In this document: piece after piece, positions 59,966-64,000 of the stretch | How the letters are laid out: each line of letters starts with the position of its first letter | Position numbering within the stretch: position 1 is the stretch's first letter | Virus record (IMG/VR): IMGVR_UViG_3300040801_004034 | Span: 1-64,000 of that record | DNA: 64,000 bases | Reading direction: 5' to 3' (one strand) | Made by a program: the position numbers and the translations under genes | Notes under the pieces: model-generated | The model's database searches: none | Told to the model about the DNA's origin: nothing | The model's input: only the letters and a program-made list of their open reading frames with translations

Positions 59966-61030
59966 TCTGTTAATCTGAGATGCTGTGATTATAGGGCAAC
60001 TAAAAATGTATGACAAGGCTCGAACCTTTTCAGACACACCTTTAATACGTTCATAAAGCTGACTATTTTCATTACCTTTAATCAAATTCAAATAGTCAAG
60101 AACGATTGCATCAAATTTAAACCCTGAACTTTGTACTGATTTTAAATAACCCTGCAATCCTTCTACAGTAACAGTGTTAGGTGGAAATTCTTTTACAACA
60201 ATTGACCCTTGTTTTGGTTGACCTTCTTGCTCATTCATCATGTGCTTGAGTGTTACTGTTTGAGACTTAAGTTCTCGTACAGGTATTTTCGTTAATCCTG
60301 ATACGAGTCGTCTACCATACATCATTTCAGCCATTTCAAATGATATCAGTAGTACGTTTTTACCGGATGCTGCTATATTACATGCAACATTACCAAGAAC
60401 AATACTCTTACCAATATTAGTCTCACCGACGAACATGTATAATGAACGACCATTTTGTAAAAAGCCGCCATCTAAACTATTATTCAACCAATCCCACCCA
60501 GTAGTAATTGTCGGTTCATCGACATTCAAATCATCGATTAAACGATCAATATCTTTAAAGAGATCAAGACCAATATCAGTAGTAAGGTCAACATTACAAC
60601 TCCTCTCGAAACTATCTAAAATATAAGCTGTATCAATATTACCTTGTGAAAAATCCTCTGCAACACTCAACATTGTATTGTAAATTGCACGTTCTTTAAT
60701 AAAACGCTCAGTATTACTTACCAATTCATCTTTATCAAGAACACGATCAAAGTCTTTTACTTCCTTGATTATGTTTTTGAAGTTTTCTTTGAGAGTATCG
60801 TTAACCAAGAACGATTTAATCTCTGTTATGGTCGGTATTTTCTGTCGACGTTCATAGAACGTTTTAATAACAGTAAAAACATTTTTGATATCTTTGTTCT
60901 TAAAATGACTTGGGTCTACAAAAGGTATTACTTGTGTTAAGTATTGCTCATCGAACAGGCATTGATGTATTAAAATCTTCTCAAAAAAATCTGTATCTAG
61001 TCTTTGTTTTTCCATTTGTTTAGAAACCAT
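59696..61030 (-). CDS. gp41: replicative helicase gp41 (DnaB-like), N-terminal part followed by an 89-aa split-intein N fragment
   Basis: TTGW, GETNIGKS, SFEMAE, KEFPP, LDYLNLI, TASQINR|CLDINT…ICSGKHMF. Confidence 0.93.
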   Translation of the reverse strand: MVSKQMEKQRLDTDFFEKILIHQCLFDEQYLTQVIPFVDPSHFKNKDIKNVFTVIKTFYERRQKIPTITEIKSFLVNDTLKENFKNIIKEVKDFDRVLDKDELVSNTERFIKERAIYNTMLSVAEDFSQGNIDTAYILDSFERSCNVDLTTDIGLDLFKDIDRLIDDLNVDEPTITTGWDWLNNSLDGGFLQNGRSLYMFVGETNIGKSIVLGNVACNIAASGKNVLLISFEMAEMMYGRRLVSGLTKIPVRELKSQTVTLKHMMNEQEGQPKQGSIVVKEFPPNTVTVEGLQGYLKSVQSSGFKFDAIVLDYLNLIKGNENSQLYERIKGVSEKVRALSYIFSCPIITASQINRCLDINTVVKTPNGNKRIVDLKIGDKILGSKKYVDVRYVYPVETQKCYKIKLKSGKEIICSGKHMFPVSNQLVKSINTGLEVGDKLFTEK

Positions 61031-61665
61031 CTCTGTCCATTATAGAATGTTTCATCTGGTTTATCAAGGCCTGGTGATTGATGAATGACTGGTATGTCAA
61101 CAACCCCAACAGATACTTTGTGTTCGTTACATGTCAGACATATGTCAAGGTCATAAAAATGAAACTTACTCGGGCAGGTTTCATCAAATCGAACTTCATC
61201 CGGTAACTGTTTAATATTGATACATATGAATAGACCATCTATCAATAGCGCTCTTGATGGTAACGGGCCAAATGAAGTATACATGTATTGATCTTCAGAA
61301 CCATGAGCAACACAACCTCTATGATCTTTACGATCCGACATTAAATGCCATAGTGCTGGTTCTTTCAAATTACAACCTCTTGAACCAGCTAAACCGTTGA
61401 CTGTATAAACGCAGTTGTTTTGGATACGATCCCATAAATCGGAGCAGTTAATATACACATCATCGTGTATCAAAACTAAGAAATCGTATTTGTAATTTTT
61501 TGCTTCTTGAATACACTTGTTATAGTATGATTGTAAAGGTTCTGAATTATTTTCTTTGAACTTAAAATGTAAAAAATATTGATCTAATAGTTTTTTGCTG
61601 CTTTTAAACAGAGCTGTATCTTCTTTTTTACCTTTTGTAGCGCTACATACTAAAATATTACTCAT
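60997..61665 (-). CDS. GT-A fold glycosyltransferase-like protein
   Basis: YN…LVLIHDDV, GLAG, IDGLF, FDE…FHFYDLD.C, H.S.G; start placed at MSNILV. Confidence 0.75.
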   Translation of the reverse strand: MSNILVCSATKGKKEDTALFKSSKKLLDQYFLHFKFKENNSEPLQSYYNKCIQEAKNYKYDFLVLIHDDVYINCSDLWDRIQNNCVYTVNGLAGSRGCNLKEPALWHLMSDRKDHRGCVAHGSEDQYMYTSFGPLPSRALLIDGLFICINIKQLPDEVRFDETCPSKFHFYDLDICLTCNEHKVSVGVVDIPVIHQSPGLDKPDETFYNGQRWFLNKWKNKD

Positions 61666-61990
61666 ATTCTTTCCTATCGTCCAGTTCTGGTTTATTTTTT
61701 TCGGTATACATTGCAGCCATGATATTCCAAATAGCTGCTGCAGCATGGTCTTCATCAGTATGGTTCTGAAACCACTTTCTCAAATGTCTATCAGCACTAT
61801 CATAGTAAACACTCAATGGCATACCGAGTTTCCAGTTGTTTGGTGAATAACGCTCTGCACCTTTTGTAAAATGTAATGCTACTCTTTCTAACTCTTCTTG
61901 CGGTACTAATGACATCCGCGGCTTACCAACCCCTGTATCACGGTGAGCTCCAGTGTCGAATTTTCGGTTATTTTCATTCCTATCTTCCAT
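61658..61990 (-). CDS. dATP/dGTP diphosphohydrolase-like protein (DUF5664)
   Basis: GAHRD…GKPRMSLVP…GAERY…NW.LG…SADRHL…EDHAAA..WN. Confidence 0.8.
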   Translation of the reverse strand: MEDRNENNRKFDTGAHRDTGVGKPRMSLVPQEELERVALHFTKGAERYSPNNWKLGMPLSVYYDSADRHLRKWFQNHTDEDHAAAAIWNIMAAMYTEKNKPELDDRKEYE

Positions 61991-62007
61991 TATGATTAAG
62001 TATTGTT

Positions 62008-62823
62008 ATGTTTATCGGATTCATTTATATAGTATATTATATAGGTAATAATAGTATAATCAAGGACCACAGTTATATAGGTTCAAGATTATACAACAAA
62101 GGTTGGGAGACGTACATGGGATCATCTGTATCAAATAACGAGAAGTGTGTTATTTGGCGAAATGAACTTAAAACCAATCCAGAGAATTTTAAACGTGTGA
62201 TTTTAAAAAATGTGACTGATAGTGAGAACATTTACACCGAAGAACATTTAATGATGGAAAAATTTGGTGTTGATTTAAAATCCAATAGTAAGTGGATTAA
62301 TAGATCTTTCCCGATATTAAATGGATTATCCGACAATTTCTTAGATGATGATCAGTTACAAGCTATAAAAGAAAAACGTAAACAAACATGCATACAAAAA
62401 TATGGTGTTGATCACCCTTCTAAAACAATCATAAATAGAAAAAAATGTAAAGCGCGTTTCAACACTGATGATGTCCGTAAAAGACGAGGTAAAAGTATTT
62501 CGAAAGCGTGGAAAAACAAAACAAAAATTGAACTAGAACAAATTACACAAAAACGTACAAAAAAATTACAGAAATATCTCAGTAACCAAAAAAATTATTC
62601 AAAACACTGTGAAATGAGAAAACGTACAGCATTAAAATGGTGGGTCACAGTTGAATGTATTGAAACTAATAAAACATTTTCATTTTTTAAAAACGATAGT
62701 TTATATCATATACAAGTAGGTCCTGGACAAATAATGAAACGTATAAGGAAAGTCACAATGTCACCTTTTAAAAGTAAAGATGGTATGACATACAGGTTGA
62801 TATCATGTATTAAAAAACACTAA
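62008..62823 (+). mobile_element. GIY-YIG (Seg-like) free-standing homing endonuclease
   Basis: GFIY…YIGSR…YMGSS…FKRVIL…E…WIN; KYGVDHP; TAAGTA 5 nt upstream; antisense to its neighbours. Confidence 0.8.
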
Positions 62824-62836
62824 ACCAAATCCCATT

Positions 62837-63322
62837 TTACCAATTATTGATTCTACGTTCTATTTCATATTTCCATGTTTCTTTATCTGTAAAAACAGGA
62901 ATATTATATCGTTGACATACGATATCTACGTTGCCTTTACGATAGAAATCATCACAATAAACAACTACCTTATCGTCTTTTGCATGGAGACCAAGCTCTA
63001 ACAAAGATATAGGTGATTGACTTCCGTTTGCAAAATACAGTGCAATAATATCACACTGTTCTAAATGATCTAGCTCCCACTGAACTTGTTCATAAAATTG
63101 TTTTTCGTTCAGACCTTGTTTCCACGATGAATCCCAATCGGATCGACGAGGGTTAAACCACACGCATTTTTTCGATTTAAATTCGTTTGCAAGTTCATCC
63201 TGCCAATCTTCAGCTGCGCCCATATCAATCGACCCTGCTAAAAAAATCCAAGGTCGACTTCGATCATAATGTTTACCCGGGTATATCTCAGGTGGTTTTA
63301 CTATTGTATGCTCTTCACCCAT
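62837..63322 (-). CDS. nucleoside 2-deoxyribosyltransferase-like protein
   Basis: IFLAGSID…WQ…NPRR…QVQWELDHL…SPISLLELG…RKGNVDIVC. Confidence 0.85.
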   Translation of the reverse strand: MGEEHTIVKPPEIYPGKHYDRSRPWIFLAGSIDMGAAEDWQDELANEFKSKKCVWFNPRRSDWDSSWKQGLNEKQFYEQVQWELDHLEQCDIIALYFANGSQSPISLLELGLHAKDDKVVVYCDDFYRKGNVDIVCQRYNIPVFTDKETWKYEIERRINNW

Positions 63323-63323
63323 A

Positions 63324-63845
63324 TTATTTTAATAGTTTGACCGAATCTACTCGGAATTCGATATCTGTCGAACCAAATTCGTTATCTACTTTTGTGCTAT
63401 TAATTTGACCTAACCAGTTAGCAAAAAACGCACAACCATCGCTATTGATATCACTGTTTACAAAGTATGTATTACAATGTTTTTCATGATTATGATCAAA
63501 GTACATATTAAGTAGTACTGCTTGTTTGATGAGTTTTTTAGCATATCCGAACCCTCTGTGGTTCTTACTTGTAGCAATATAATATGTTTTCAATACACCT
63601 AATCCTTTTGTATGTGTTGTAAATGCATGTACTGCTACAATATCTCGTTTTGCTCCTGTCACAGGATTAGGTGTATCATATTCATCATACATAATATGAA
63701 TAGGAAATTCTTCCCACCAGTTACGTGATTCCCATAACCACATGAATGTGTTCATAATGAACCCATCTGTATTATTATACAACCACTCACCTATTTGCAG
63801 TTTTTCTTCATTTGTCGGGCTTAATAGTGCATTTGTTTTTATCAT
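63324..63845 (-). CDS. GNAT-family acetyltransferase-like protein
   Basis: YIATSKNHRGFGYAKKLI acetyl-CoA-binding motif. Confidence 0.7.
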   Translation of the reverse strand: MIKTNALLSPTNEEKLQIGEWLYNNTDGFIMNTFMWLWESRNWWEEFPIHIMYDEYDTPNPVTGAKRDIVAVHAFTTHTKGLGVLKTYYIATSKNHRGFGYAKKLIKQAVLLNMYFDHNHEKHCNTYFVNSDINSDGCAFFANWLGQINSTKVDNEFGSTDIEFRVDSVKLLK

Positions 63846-63863
63846 AAAAATTTGTTATTGTGT

Positions 63864-64000
63864 TTATTTTTTGTCTGCCCAACGAAAAAACGCTGGTTCC
63901 TGTTCGAGTTCTGATCTCAATTTCTGTTCTTCGTCGCCTTCCAAAGTAGCCCATTTTTCTACTTGAAGTTCTAGTTGACCATCTCTCAACTTATTACGTT
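63864..64000 (-). CDS. 3' end of an ORF running off the window (…PAFFRWADKK*)
   Basis: Open minus-strand frame ending at TAA 63864. Confidence 0.5.
   Translation of the reverse strand, partial: RNKLRDGQLELQVEKWATLEGDEEQKLRSELEQEPAFFRWADKK

Noticed and set aside
21311-61030. Group I introns as the explanation for the interrupted gp44, gp17 and gp41 genes
   Set aside because: The inserts are fully coding, with no room for a ribozyme core, and both flanks carry clear intein N and C motifs.
1-64000. Stop-codon reassignment
   Set aside because: Core genes are full length in the standard code, and TAA, TAG and TGA all terminate genes.

Overview
AT-rich, gene-dense 64 kb segment of a large T4-like (contractile-tailed) phage, read with the standard genetic code. 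It encodes tail, baseplate and neck proteins (gp6, gp25, gp53, gp18, gp19, gp14 and fibre/receptor-binding proteins), terminase subunits and replication proteins (gp44 clamp loader, gp45 clamp, gp32, gp41 helicase, gp61 primase, RNase H). It also carries nucleotide enzymes (GMP reductase, dUTPase, HAD nucleotidase, DUF5664-like, deoxyribosyltransferase-like), an NDP-rhamnose pathway and two glycosyltransferases. Main result: three essential ATPase genes (clamp loader, large terminase, helicase) are each broken into two ORFs carrying the halves of a naturally split intein, with a free-standing endonuclease gene between the halves. Two of the inteins have opposite charge polarity and the third is split at an atypical site, which suggests a mutually orthogonal trans-splicing set. 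Other patterns: (1) many genes have a promoter element (late TAA[A/G]TA, or early TNGANN-N16-TATAAT) only about 5-8 nt before the start codon with no Shine-Dalgarno, pointing to leaderless or near-leaderless mRNA; (2) outer virion proteins appear rich in a hydrophobic-Ser-Ala/Gly tripeptide that may be a glycosylation sequon; (3) several small late proteins share an N-terminal LI[F/N]EAY capsid-targeting-like signal. All family calls come from motif recognition by eye, with no database searches.
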